Assembly: GCA_039630235.1 (NCBI GenBank)
Contig: JBCNVI010000001.1
Span: 363,059 to 427,058 of the forward strand
Direction of reading: 5' to 3'
DNA length: 64,000 nucleotides
Source: Candidatus Hydrothermales bacterium
Lineage (GTDB): Bacteria > Hydrothermota > Hydrothermia > Hydrothermales > JAJRUZ01
The notes beneath the pieces are model-generated. The model made no database searches and was not told the origin of the DNA. It saw only the letters and a program-made list of their open reading frames with translations. The position numbers were made by a program, and so were the translations under genes. The number at the start of each line of letters is the position of its first letter. Position 1 is the first letter of the stretch. Shown here in pieces: positions 28,338-38,281 of the stretch.

Positions 28338-29381
28338 TTGAAGGGAAAAATGTTAGAAATAGGTAGACTCACAAAAGAGGGAGAATTGTATCAAGTTTTA
28401 GACGGAAAAAAAGTTAGATGTTTAGCCTGTGCACATAAATGTGTAATTTTTGAGGGAAAAAGAGGTATCTGTAAGGTAAGGTTTAATGTTAATGGAAAAC
28501 TTTACGTTCCCTTTAATTATGTTTCTGGTCTTAATAATGATCCTATAGAAAAAAAACCATTTTTTCACTTTTTACCAGGTAGCTACGCCCTAACCTTTGG
28601 AATGCTCGGTTGTAACTTTCATTGTCCCTACTGTCAAAACTGGTTAACTTCACAAGCCCTTAAAGACAAAAACTCAATACTTTACTATCAAGAAATTGAA
28701 CCTTCAGATATTGTAAAAATTGCCATTAGAAAAGGTTCAAAAAGTATTATCTCTTCTTATAATGAACCACTGATAACAACAGAATGGGCTAAGGAAATTT
28801 TTAAATTAGCAAAAGAAAAAGGACTTAAAACAGGCTATGTCTCAAACGGATACCTAACTGATGAAGTTTTAGACTATCTCGATGGCTACTTAGATTCTTA
28901 TAAAATTGATTTAAAAAGCTTTAGAGATGAAAATTACAGAATTCTTGGAGGAAAGTTAAAGTTTGTTCTTGAAGGAATTGAAAAAGTGTATAAAAGGGGA
29001 TTATGGCTTGAGATAGTTACACTTTTGGTTCCAAATTATAATAGCTCTGAAGACGAATTAAGGGAAATAGCCAGATTCATAAAGAGTATATCACCCTATA
29101 TTCCGTGGCACATTACTGCTTTTCATCCTGACTATAAGATGACTGATAGAAGGAGAACTGAAGTAAGAAAAATCATAAGAGCAAGAGAAATAGGTTTAGA
29201 AGAGGGCTTAAAGTTTGTTTACGGTGGAAACGTATACGGCTTTCCAGAACTTGAAAGCACCTACTGTCCAGAATGTGGAGAACTGTTAATAAAAAGAGAA
29301 ATATTTTTTGTTATTGAAAATAAGATAAAAGATGGAAGATGCATAAAATGTAAGGCAGAAATTAAGGGGGTATGGGAATAG
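28338..29381 (+). CDS. Radical SAM protein, AmmeMemoRadiSam-system type
   Basis: 347 aa. N-terminal Cys-rich region CLACAHKCVIFEGKRGICKVRFNVNGKLY, then the radical-SAM cluster GCNFHCPYCQNW. The overall layout matches the AMMECR1/Memo-associated radical SAM family. Confidence 0.65.
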   Translation: MKGKMLEIGRLTKEGELYQVLDGKKVRCLACAHKCVIFEGKRGICKVRFNVNGKLYVPFNYVSGLNNDPIEKKPFFHFLPGSYALTFGMLGCNFHCPYCQNWLTSQALKDKNSILYYQEIEPSDIVKIAIRKGSKSIISSYNEPLITTEWAKEIFKLAKEKGLKTGYVSNGYLTDEVLDYLDGYLDSYKIDLKSFRDENYRILGGKLKFVLEGIEKVYKRGLWLEIVTLLVPNYNSSEDELREIARFIKSISPYIPWHITAFHPDYKMTDRRRTEVRKIIRAREIGLEEGLKFVYGGNVYGFPELESTYCPECGELLIKREIFFVIENKIKDGRCIKCKAEIKGVWE

Positions 29382-30340
29382 ATAGTCCTATTAAAACAGT
29401 TAACCTCAAAAGATCCTACGGAAAAATAGTTGCTCTTGATGGAGTATCTATAGAAGTTAATGAAGGAGAAATCTTTGGTCTTTTAGGACCTAATGGGGCA
29501 GGTAAGACAACTTTAATAAGAATCTTAACGACTTTACTATTACCAACTTCAGGAAAAGCCTATGTTTTAGGATATGATGTAGAAAAAGATTATAAGGAGA
29601 TTAGAAAAAGAATAAACATGGTGTCTGGAGGAGAGGAAGTAGGTTATGGAATTTTAACTACAGAGGAAACACTTTATTTATTCTCGCAATTTTATGGACT
29701 TTCCTTAAAAGAAGCAAAAAAGAGAATTTCAGAACTTTCAGCTCTTCTTGATTTAGAGCCCCATCTTAAAAAAAGAGTATCAAGACTCTCAACAGGACTA
29801 AGGCAAAGGATGAATATAGCAAGAGGTTTCATTAATGATCCTGATTGTATTTTCCTTGATGAACCAACGATGGGTTTAGATGTTGAATCAAGCGTAAATG
29901 TCAGAAAATTTATAAAAAATTGGGTAAAGGAGAAAAGGGGAAAAACGGTTTTACTAACAACCCATAATATGTATGAAGCTGAGGAACTTTGTGATAGAAT
30001 AGCTATTATAAATAAGGGAAAAATTTTAGCCTGTGATACACCCCTGGGATTAAAGGATTTAGTGAAAAAGGAGGAAATTTACGAATTTGAAATAAAAGCT
30101 AAGGATTATTATATCAAAAAAAGCGATAATTTTTATATCATAGAAAACAAAAAACTTGAGGGTGAGAGGTTTTATGTAAAATTAGGGACACCCAAAAATC
30201 TTTCCTTTGAGAGGCTAATAAGTGAAATAAGAAGGGATAATATAGAAATATTATCCTTTAAAAAGATTGAACCGAGCTTAGAGGAGGTTTTTATAAAGCT
30301 TGTAGGTAAAAGTTTTGAGGAAATTGAAAGAGAGCAATGA
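29372..30340 (+). CDS. ABC-2-type transporter ATP-binding protein
   Basis: 322 aa with Walker A GPNGAGKTT, the signature LSTGLRQRMNIAR and Walker B IFLDEPTMGLD, plus a C-terminal accessory domain. Confidence 0.8.
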   Translation: MGIDSPIKTVNLKRSYGKIVALDGVSIEVNEGEIFGLLGPNGAGKTTLIRILTTLLLPTSGKAYVLGYDVEKDYKEIRKRINMVSGGEEVGYGILTTEETLYLFSQFYGLSLKEAKKRISELSALLDLEPHLKKRVSRLSTGLRQRMNIARGFINDPDCIFLDEPTMGLDVESSVNVRKFIKNWVKEKRGKTVLLTTHNMYEAEELCDRIAIINKGKILACDTPLGLKDLVKKEEIYEFEIKAKDYYIKKSDNFYIIENKKLEGERFYVKLGTPKNLSFERLISEIRRDNIEILSFKKIEPSLEEVFIKLVGKSFEEIEREQ

Positions 30341-31161
30341 GAAAATTTAAAGAATCACTTGAATTAAATTTAAGATCATTAATTGCAAGAGCCTATGTAA
30401 GAATCGTAGCTACACATAGAGAGGGTTCATTTATTTTCCTAAATGGTTTAACTGGAATTATATCTTTAGCCTCTTATATATATCTTTATAGAACTCTTGG
30501 AGCCAAAAAAGTATACGAGGGATTTGTGATAATCGGAAGCTTCATACTTGCCTTCTGGCTAAATGTTCTTTGGAGTATCGCATCGCAACTTTATTGGGAA
30601 AAACTTTCAGGTAATCTTAGATATTTCATAATTGCTCCATGTTCAAAAATAGCAATCCTTATAGGAATGTCAATTGGAGGAATTTACATGATTCTTATTA
30701 GATCTTCCCTTGTTCTATTTCTTGCCTTTTTTGTTTTTAAAGCGCCCATTAAATACTTTAATCCTCTACTTATTTTTTTAGCCTTCTTTATTACGCTATT
30801 TGGTCTTTATGGGCTTGGGATGGCTTTTTCTTCTTTATACCTAATATGGGGAAGAGAAGCATGGCATCTATCTGAGTTGCTTCAGGAACCAGTTTATGCT
30901 TTCTCTGGTTTATATTACCCTATAAAGGTTTTACCAATTTTCATTGCTATAGTTTCCTCTCTTTTACCTTTAACTTTAGGCCTTGATGCTATTCGACAAG
31001 GCTTCTTTGGAGAAGAAGCACAGGGTTTTTTAAATATTTATGTAGAATTAATTATTCTTACATTTTTGGCAATTATTTTCATTTTCATGTCTTACTTTTT
31101 CCTTAAAAAAATGGAGGAAATTGCAAGAGAAAAAGGTACTCTCATTGAAAGATGGCAATAA
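30337..31161 (+). CDS. ABC-2-type transporter permease
   Basis: 274 aa with six TM helices. Overlaps the ATPase by 4 nt. Confidence 0.65.
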   Translation: MRKFKESLELNLRSLIARAYVRIVATHREGSFIFLNGLTGIISLASYIYLYRTLGAKKVYEGFVIIGSFILAFWLNVLWSIASQLYWEKLSGNLRYFIIAPCSKIAILIGMSIGGIYMILIRSSLVLFLAFFVFKAPIKYFNPLLIFLAFFITLFGLYGLGMAFSSLYLIWGREAWHLSELLQEPVYAFSGLYYPIKVLPIFIAIVSSLLPLTLGLDAIRQGFFGEEAQGFLNIYVELIILTFLAIIFIFMSYFFLKKMEEIAREKGTLIERWQ

Positions 31162-31973
31162 TAAGATTTCTTTTATCCTCCTTTTTGTTAGCCCTTAAGG
31201 TTGAATCTAATTGGACAAGACCCTTTTGGTTTTTCTTTTACCAAACGATAAAACCCTTTTCCACCGTTATTCTTGTAATTTTTATGTATAAGGCTGTTTT
31301 AGGTTTTGATCTAAAAAATCCCTTTTTTTCATTTATATACCTTGGAACAGTTTTCTGGACCTTTGTTCAAAATTCAACTTTTGGTATCTCTTGGAGCATT
31401 CTATCCGATAGAGAATTTTATGAAACTCTAAAGTATATGATTATTCTGCCTTACTCTTACACTTTTAATCTATTCGGAAGATTTTTTGCTTACCTCGTTC
31501 TTTCTCTATTTTCAGTGACAGTTCTTTTAGTAACTGGTAAAATCCTCTTTTCTATAAAATTTTCCCTAAGTGTTTTATTTGTAATTTATTTAATTTTTTC
31601 AATCCCCCTATTTTTTTCAACAGGTCTTTTATTTGGTTCTCTTCTACTTTTATATCCAAGATATGCTTTCTTTTTACAGGAATTTTTTACAAGTACACTT
31701 TTTCTCATTTCAGGAGTAGTGTTTCCTGTAAAGGTTTTGCCATTTCCGCTTAATTTAATAGCTACTTATTCACCTTTTACATTGTGGCTTGATGGCATCA
31801 GAAAAAGCCTTGGAATAAACATCCTCTCTCAAGATACATTTGATCCAAACAAATTGTTGATAAACTTTATCATAATTTCATTTTTATTTTTCATTTTATC
31901 AATCAAAATTTTCAACTTAACAGAGAAAATAGCAAGAAAAAAAGGAAAAATTGAAGAAACAACTGGTGGATAG
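31152..31973 (+). CDS. ABC-2-type transporter permease (second)
   Basis: 273-aa polytopic membrane protein overlapping the previous permease by 10 nt. Confidence 0.6.
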   Translation: MAIIRFLLSSFLLALKVESNWTRPFWFFFYQTIKPFSTVILVIFMYKAVLGFDLKNPFFSFIYLGTVFWTFVQNSTFGISWSILSDREFYETLKYMIILPYSYTFNLFGRFFAYLVLSLFSVTVLLVTGKILFSIKFSLSVLFVIYLIFSIPLFFSTGLLFGSLLLLYPRYAFFLQEFFTSTLFLISGVVFPVKVLPFPLNLIATYSPFTLWLDGIRKSLGINILSQDTFDPNKLLINFIIISFLFFILSIKIFNLTEKIARKKGKIEETTGG

Positions 31974-31987
31974 TTTTAAATCAGATT

Positions 31988-33619
31988 TTAAAGAAATTTA
32001 AAGAAAACAAGGAGAAAGAAAGAAAAAATAAAAGTTGAGAGAAAAGGTGAAAGGCTTAAAACTGAGAGTAAATAGCCTAAAGTGAGTGCAAAGGTTGCAA
32101 CAAAAATGCTGTAGGGAAGTTGAGTTTTTACATGATCTATATGATCACAAGAAGAAAAAATAGAACTCATTATGGTAGTATCAGAAATCGGTGAACAGTG
32201 GTCGCCAAATATAGCACCATCGAGAACAGAAGCTAAAGTGATAGTAGTTATATAACCAAGGGTGTTACCTTCAAGTCCAAAAGCAACTGGACCTGCTATT
32301 GGAATAACAATTGCCATAGTTCCCCAACTTGTACCAGTTGCAAAAGAAACTAAGCAACTTACAAGAAAAGTAAGAGCAGGAAAAATCTTAGGAGGAATTA
32401 CCTCTTTTAAAATATCTATTAAGTATTCAGCAGTTTTTAACTCAACACACACATTTTTTAAAGACCACGCTAAAACTAATATAGTTATCGGTAAATAAGA
32501 AAAAAAAGCACCTTTATAGGAGTAATAAAAAATTTTTTTAAACTTTAAACCTGACTTTGCTTTAGAAATTATAACTGTTGATAAAAGTCCTAAAAATGAA
32601 CTGATGGCAAGAACACTTATATTATTTTCAGAGTTTGCCAAAACTTTTAACCAAACAGATGGATTTAAAATATTAAAAAAATTTTGCTCAATGAATCTAT
32701 AACCTTTTCCATCTATCCATAAACCAACAAAAAGAGCTAAAAATAACACAAAGATAGGAATGACAAAAACTAAAATTGAAGGTTTTGCCTCAATATCCTC
32801 TTTTATTTTTTCAAATCCCTTTGAAGATAGTGGAGTTGCATTATCATTTAGAATCTTCCCTTCCCTTTTTGCCCTCTCCTCTGCCCTTTTCATAGACCCA
32901 AAATCCTTTCCAAAAAATGTTAAAAAGAAGACAAAAATTAAAAGAAAAATACAATAGAATCTAAACCTTAACATATCAAGAAAAATTGAGTAACCATCTT
33001 TTGAAATATTATAGGTTCTCGCAAACTCACTCAATAGTCCAACTTCATAGCCAATCCACGTGCTAATAATAGAAATACCGGCAACAGGGGCTGATGTAGC
33101 ATCAACAAGAAAAGCAAGTTTCTCTCTTGATATTTTAAACTTATCTGTTATTGGTCTTGCGGAAGTTCCAACAACCATCGTATTAGCATAGTCATCGATA
33201 AAAACCAAAAGTCCAAGAAGTGCAGTAATAAGTTGTGCCTTTTTTCTTGTGTTTGCAAATTTCATCAAAAAGTTCACAAGAGATGAAAATCCACCAGATG
33301 CCGTAATAAGAGTTATCATTGACATGATAAAGATGACGAATAAAAGTATCTGAATATTTGTAAAATCAAGCACTGAATTTGCAATAAAACTCAATGATTT
33401 AAAAAGAAAATTTTCTAAATCAGAAAGAAGTAAACTACCTATTATAATTGAAAAAAATAAACTTAAAATCAGTTTTCTCGTTAAGATTGCGAAGATAACT
33501 GCAAGAAGAGGTGGCAAAACGCTTAGAAAACTCTTGACAGTCCCAATCTTTAAAAATTTTATGAAAAGTATAAAAAGAAAAACTGAAAAATAGACTAAAT
33601 AAATTTTGGAGAATCTCAC
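31988..33619 (-). CDS. Na+/H+ antiporter NhaC-family transporter
   Basis: 543-aa polytopic membrane protein whose pattern is consistent with NhaC-type antiporters. Confidence 0.55.
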   Translation of the reverse strand: MRFSKIYLVYFSVFLFILFIKFLKIGTVKSFLSVLPPLLAVIFAILTRKLILSLFFSIIIGSLLLSDLENFLFKSLSFIANSVLDFTNIQILLFVIFIMSMITLITASGGFSSLVNFLMKFANTRKKAQLITALLGLLVFIDDYANTMVVGTSARPITDKFKISREKLAFLVDATSAPVAGISIISTWIGYEVGLLSEFARTYNISKDGYSIFLDMLRFRFYCIFLLIFVFFLTFFGKDFGSMKRAEERAKREGKILNDNATPLSSKGFEKIKEDIEAKPSILVFVIPIFVLFLALFVGLWIDGKGYRFIEQNFFNILNPSVWLKVLANSENNISVLAISSFLGLLSTVIISKAKSGLKFKKIFYYSYKGAFFSYLPITILVLAWSLKNVCVELKTAEYLIDILKEVIPPKIFPALTFLVSCLVSFATGTSWGTMAIVIPIAGPVAFGLEGNTLGYITTITLASVLDGAIFGDHCSPISDTTIMSSIFSSCDHIDHVKTQLPYSIFVATFALTLGYLLSVLSLSPFLSTFIFSFFLLVFFKFL

Positions 33620-34095
33620 TAATTAAAAAAATTAGAGATAAGCACTCCTACAAAATGGGAGAGTAAGATCACTACTATTGCTATAATTAGATGTTCTGAG
33701 ATAACCTTAAGAGGATTTTCTGATTGAGCCCTAGCTAAAATATAGCTTGCAAAACCTAAAACTAAAAATCCCCATAAAATGTTAACAATGATTGCAATAT
33801 TTATCTTAAAAAGAATAACGGGTACTATAAAAGTTGAGGCAAAAAAAAGTTTAGCTAAAAAAGTTGAAATTGTGGAAATCCATATTTCTTTGGTTGAGTG
33901 CACGTTTTCTGACTCTTCCGAAATATGAATACCAAGAGCATCTGAAAAGGCATCAGCAATTGCAACAGTTAAAATACCACCAATAACGGCAAGCCTTGAA
34001 CTTGTTCCTGAAAAAAGCCCAATCATAAGTCCCATAGTAGTTATAATTCCAGATGTCATACCGAAGGTTAAACCAACTATTATAGAATGTTTCAA
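33619..34095 (-). CDS. VIT1/CCC1-family membrane protein (short form)
   Basis: 158 aa. GLTFGMTSGIITTMGLMIGL...AVIGGILTVAIADAFSDALGIHISEESE resembles the conserved VIT-family core. Confidence 0.45.
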   Translation of the reverse strand: MKHSIIVGLTFGMTSGIITTMGLMIGLFSGTSSRLAVIGGILTVAIADAFSDALGIHISEESENVHSTKEIWISTISTFLAKLFFASTFIVPVILFKINIAIIVNILWGFLVLGFASYILARAQSENPLKVISEHLIIAIVVILLSHFVGVLISNFFN

Positions 34096-34097
34096 AA

Positions 34098-35408
34098 TTA
34101 AGGCCTTTTTACAACCTTAACAAATTTTGAAAGATAAGTAAATCTTGAGCTCCAGTCAGGATTTGGAAAATTCACATTTGGATCATAGGGTGATGTATCC
34201 TGAGCATGAGTGTTTTCACCTCCTGTTGTAAATACTTCTATGAATATAGAATCAGGATTTGAAACTAAGGAGTCAGGTATTGAAAATTCGAGGAACTTAC
34301 GACTAGTGTAACCCTGTTCCCCTCCCCTATCTTCTAATACTTTATAAACCCAACGCGTTCCACTCCACACACACAGCTGGGCTTTTTCTAATATATCTGA
34401 GTCAGGATGCCATACATAAAGAATGTATTTAGGATAAAATGGATTTAAGCTATCTCCAGCAGCAACCTTTCTATTCCAAGGGTCTCTATCGGCACCTGAT
34501 GGGCTTATAGAATCTGTAAAGATATAAATACCAAAGGCAAGTCCATAATTTATGTCTGATTTAACATTAAAACCAATATACCAATTACCGCCAATATAAA
34601 CAGCCCAAAGTGAATCAAGATCAAGATTAGGCTCAGAAATATCATGGGTAGGATCAACACCTACAAGATCTGAAGGTAAAAAATCATTTATTCCATCAAT
34701 TACTATAGGAGTTCTTGTAAGACTTTTTCTTAAATTAAAATTAACACTTTTTATACTTCCATAGTTTAAAAATAAAGAGATGGTATCTGAGAAGTAGTTT
34801 TGCGAACTTGCAATTAAAGTAAAGTGATCCTCAACTAAATCATTAAATTCAAAGGAGTTATCATTTTGAGATGTAGTAAATACTCTTAAAATAGTATCTG
34901 AACCCTTATAGTAAATATAAACCTTTGAAATTGGATATGGTGCCCGCTCTATACCCTCAAACTCAACTTTACCTTTTATGGTTCCAGTTCCAGTTAGCTT
35001 AGTGATTCTATAAAGTAAAGAGTCCTCAATTAGTGTAAATTTATAATAGCCCTCAGAGGGTAAACTTGCAGATATATGATTCCCTTCACCAGAAACAAGC
35101 TCTACTTTACCAAAAAGAAGGGTATCTTCCCAAGGGGTTCCAAAAGAGGGATCCCATTTTTGATCTGGAACAAATTTAAACATTATGTTTCTTTTATATT
35201 TAAATTTTTTTACGATTACCCATTTAAAATCATCTACAAGTTCCATGTAGGAATTTGCATCACTTAGGTTCCAACCCTGAAAATCACCGGCAAGTTGCAT
35301 TGTGCTATAGTTAGAAAGATAAAAATTTCCGGGTAACTTAAAGTAGGTTGTTTCTCTTTTTTTGCAATATAAAAATATCAAAAGAAACAGGAGGAGAAAT
35401 TTTTTCAT
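34098..35408 (-). CDS. Lipoprotein with N-terminal glycogen-binding (CBM48/AMPK-beta-like) module
   Basis: 436 aa with a signal peptide and Cys (LIFLYC). MQLAGDFQGWN...MELVDDFKWVIVKKFKYK...FKFVPDQKWDPSF matches the CBM48 pattern. Sits next to the glycogen genes. Confidence 0.5.
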   Translation of the reverse strand: MKKFLLLFLLIFLYCKKRETTYFKLPGNFYLSNYSTMQLAGDFQGWNLSDANSYMELVDDFKWVIVKKFKYKRNIMFKFVPDQKWDPSFGTPWEDTLLFGKVELVSGEGNHISASLPSEGYYKFTLIEDSLLYRITKLTGTGTIKGKVEFEGIERAPYPISKVYIYYKGSDTILRVFTTSQNDNSFEFNDLVEDHFTLIASSQNYFSDTISLFLNYGSIKSVNFNLRKSLTRTPIVIDGINDFLPSDLVGVDPTHDISEPNLDLDSLWAVYIGGNWYIGFNVKSDINYGLAFGIYIFTDSISPSGADRDPWNRKVAAGDSLNPFYPKYILYVWHPDSDILEKAQLCVWSGTRWVYKVLEDRGGEQGYTSRKFLEFSIPDSLVSNPDSIFIEVFTTGGENTHAQDTSPYDPNVNFPNPDWSSRFTYLSKFVKVVKRP

Positions 35409-35848
35409 TTTACGCGTAATAATGAATTTAAATATGGACCGTTTTGAATTTTTTCAGGATTTGATGGATCAAGTATCCAGTGAACTCCATCAATAACATA
35501 CTTATATTGATAAACTCCTGGAGAAAGTATTTTTACAATTGTCCAGATACCATCTCCTTTTACCCTATCCCCGTTTATACCATCATCGTTCATCCTATCA
35601 ATTTCAGGGTTATAGACTCCATTTGCTGTTCCTCCCCAGCCGTTGAAATCTCCAGCAAGGGTTACATATTTTGCAGAAGGTGAATAGAGTTCAAATATAA
35701 CAAATCTTTGATTTTCTTTTATTTTTTTTCTCATTTCTTCAGGAAGAGTGCTTCCATCGATAACTCTCGGAGGATATACTCTTGGTCTAATTGCATTCCA
35801 CAGAGCACAGGAATTAATAAAAACAAAAGGTAAAATGAGAAACCTCAT
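35405..35848 (-). CDS. Secreted glycogen-binding domain protein (CBM48 / isoamylase-N-like)
   Basis: 147 aa with a signal peptide. YVTLAGDFNGWGG...GDGIWTIVKILSPGVYQYKYVIDGVHWILDPSNP is a classic AMPK-beta/CBM48 motif. Confidence 0.6.
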   Translation of the reverse strand: MRFLILPFVFINSCALWNAIRPRVYPPRVIDGSTLPEEMRKKIKENQRFVIFELYSPSAKYVTLAGDFNGWGGTANGVYNPEIDRMNDDGINGDRVKGDGIWTIVKILSPGVYQYKYVIDGVHWILDPSNPEKIQNGPYLNSLLRVK

Positions 35849-35885
35849 CCTATAATTATTTAAAAAAGATCAGAAAAAATTCAAA

Positions 35886-37268
35886 TTAGAGCACATTCAT
35901 AAGGAAAAAGGAAATAACAAAAAAGTAAGTAATTAGGTCTAGTGATTTAAGAGATGGTACACTTAAAAAGTAAAGGAATCCTAAAAAAATTAAAGTTAAC
36001 ATGAATATGATATAATAAAAAATGCTCGAAAAACCGAAAAGGGGCAGAAGAATAATTCCTATTAAAAAAAATAAGTAACCTTGAAGTTTTTTTCTTTTCA
36101 TTAAAAAGTATCTTGAAATACCATAAAATAAAAAGAAAACAAAAATAAATAAAATTAAGGGCCTATCGGGCAAATTATATAGAGCTTGAAAGTGAAACAC
36201 AGAATAACCAAAAAGGAAAAGAAAACCCGATTCAATTGAAATCTGTAAAGGTCTAAGTTTCAAATTCCTTAACACTAATCTTTCGAGAAAGTAAATAGCA
36301 TATAAGAGCAAAAGAAAAATTAGGTGACAAACAGAAAAAAAGAAAGATAAAACTAAAGACAAAATTAAAAAAAACGGGTAAATTTCTTTTTTATTTTTAA
36401 AAAGAAACTTGGTAAAAGAGTAAAAAAGGGGAGGAACTAAAACTAGGAAGGGAATCAACTTGTTAAAAAAAGACTCGAAAAATATAGCTGAATCCTTATG
36501 AAAGGTTTTAAAACTAATCCAAAAGCCCATAAAAGGTAAAAAAAGATTTATAAAGAGAAAATCATAATTTAAGAAATCTTTCAAAAGTTTAATCTCATGA
36601 AATCTAAAGAAGAGAAAAAAGATAACTAAAAGGAAAAGGAATAAAAAAATATAAAAAAGAGAAAGCTTTTGGTAATAAAAACTAAAATAATCAACAGCTA
36701 AAATACTTTTCTCACCTATAATTAAAAAAGGAAGTAAAACTAAAATTAAGTAGGCAAAAAAATTAAACAAAAAAGTAATTATTGCCTTGTAAAATCTCCT
36801 GTAAGAAATTGAATATAAAAAACCTAAGAGAGAAAAAAATAAAATCTCTAACTGTGCTCCCACTGAAAGAGAAGAAAAAATTAGAGGATCACTAAGCTGA
36901 ATACTTCCAGGGAGCCTCTTTGAAGAAAAGATAAAATCTATTAACGGAGAAATAAGTATAATTGCAAAACCACAGAGATAGTAAGAAATTATACTTTTTG
37001 TCCTTTTTCCCCTAATTAACTTCAGAAAGATCAAAAAAATTAATAATAAAGATAGGTAGAAAAAAAACAAGTAGTAGATAAAGAACAAAAATTCGCCCAA
37101 ATTTTTTCTTACAGGAGAAGTTCCAAAGAATAAAAAGTGTAATAATCCCTTTAGAAAAATGATTAACGTTAAGTAAAAAAGAGAAACTTTATAGTTTGGG
37201 AAAAAACTCTCAAAAAATTTTATTTTCTCTTTAATCAAAGGGTAAAAGAGAAATCTTTCCACATTCAC
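35886..37268 (-). CDS. Hypothetical polytopic membrane protein
   Basis: 460 aa, extremely Phe/Leu-rich with at least 10 predicted TM helices. Overlaps tdh by 38 nt. Confidence 0.4.
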   Translation of the reverse strand: MNVERFLFYPLIKEKIKFFESFFPNYKVSLFYLTLIIFLKGLLHFLFFGTSPVRKNLGEFLFFIYYLFFFYLSLLLIFLIFLKLIRGKRTKSIISYYLCGFAIILISPLIDFIFSSKRLPGSIQLSDPLIFSSLSVGAQLEILFFSLLGFLYSISYRRFYKAIITFLFNFFAYLILVLLPFLIIGEKSILAVDYFSFYYQKLSLFYIFLFLFLLVIFFLFFRFHEIKLLKDFLNYDFLFINLFLPFMGFWISFKTFHKDSAIFFESFFNKLIPFLVLVPPLFYSFTKFLFKNKKEIYPFFLILSLVLSFFFSVCHLIFLLLLYAIYFLERLVLRNLKLRPLQISIESGFLFLFGYSVFHFQALYNLPDRPLILFIFVFFLFYGISRYFLMKRKKLQGYLFFLIGIILLPLFGFSSIFYYIIFMLTLIFLGFLYFLSVPSLKSLDLITYFFVISFFLMNVL

Positions 37269-38262
37269 CTTTTTCCATTAACTTCATTGCCTCATCTATC
37301 TCTTCCATTTTAAAGGTATGAGTTATTACTTTCCTTAGATCAAGACCAGAACTTAAAAGTTTATCAACTTTAAACCAGGTAGAAAACATACCCCTTCCCG
37401 TTATTCCATAAATTCTTATATTTTTAAGAACTATCAAGTTATTAAAATCTAAATTTACAGTCCCATCAAAAATTCCTAAAAGAGAAGCTCTACCATCAGG
37501 CGAAAGACATTTTAAACCTTCCTCAAGTGCCCTTTGATTTCCTGACATTTCTATAAGAACATCTACGCCTTCCCCTCTTGTATGATCTTTGATAAATTCA
37601 TATAAATTTTCCTTCAAGGGATTTATCACATAATCAGCACCAAGCTCTTTTGACTTATTTACCCTATACTCTTTAACTTCCGCCACAAAAATAGGATAAG
37701 CCCCACAATGCTTTGAAATAAGTATAGCCATCATACCCAAAGGACCAGCTCCTAAAATTAAAACACTTTTTCCAGATACATCCTCCGTAAGCACGGTATC
37801 AACAGCATTTCCAAAAGGCTCTTTTAAAGACAAAACCTCTATAGGCAAATCTATCTCATTTTTCCATAAATTAAAAGCAGGAACTTTTACGTACTCTGCG
37901 TAAGCTCCATCTGTATCAATTCCAAGAATTTTAGTATTATAACAGACTCTATAATTTCCCTTTTTACAAGCAGGACAATTGTGACAAACAAGATGTGATT
38001 CCACTGAAACTATTTCACCTTTTTTGAAATTTTTAACATCTTCTCCAACTTCAACAACTTCTCCGCAAACCTCGTGCCCCACAATTTTTGGAAGTTTCAT
38101 AGTATCTCTTATCCATTTGTCCCACTTATATATGTGTAAATCTGTCCCACATATAGAACATCGCTTTACTTTCAAAATAACCTCCCCCTTTCCAGGGGTC
38201 GGCTCCTTTGTATCAATAATTTCAAAACCAGGGGCCTCCTTTGTTTTCGCAATTGCTTTCAT
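37231..38262 (-). CDS. tdh: L-threonine 3-dehydrogenase-like Zn-dependent alcohol dehydrogenase
   Basis: 343 aa with the zinc-binding CGTDLH and GHEVCGEVVEVG, the structural-Zn Cys cluster (CHNCPACKKGNYRVC) and the NAD-binding GAGPLG. Confidence 0.7.
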   Translation of the reverse strand: MKAIAKTKEAPGFEIIDTKEPTPGKGEVILKVKRCSICGTDLHIYKWDKWIRDTMKLPKIVGHEVCGEVVEVGEDVKNFKKGEIVSVESHLVCHNCPACKKGNYRVCYNTKILGIDTDGAYAEYVKVPAFNLWKNEIDLPIEVLSLKEPFGNAVDTVLTEDVSGKSVLILGAGPLGMMAILISKHCGAYPIFVAEVKEYRVNKSKELGADYVINPLKENLYEFIKDHTRGEGVDVLIEMSGNQRALEEGLKCLSPDGRASLLGIFDGTVNLDFNNLIVLKNIRIYGITGRGMFSTWFKVDKLLSSGLDLRKVITHTFKMEEIDEAMKLMEKGECGKISLLPFD

Positions 38263-38281
38263 TTAAAAACCTCTCCTTTTA

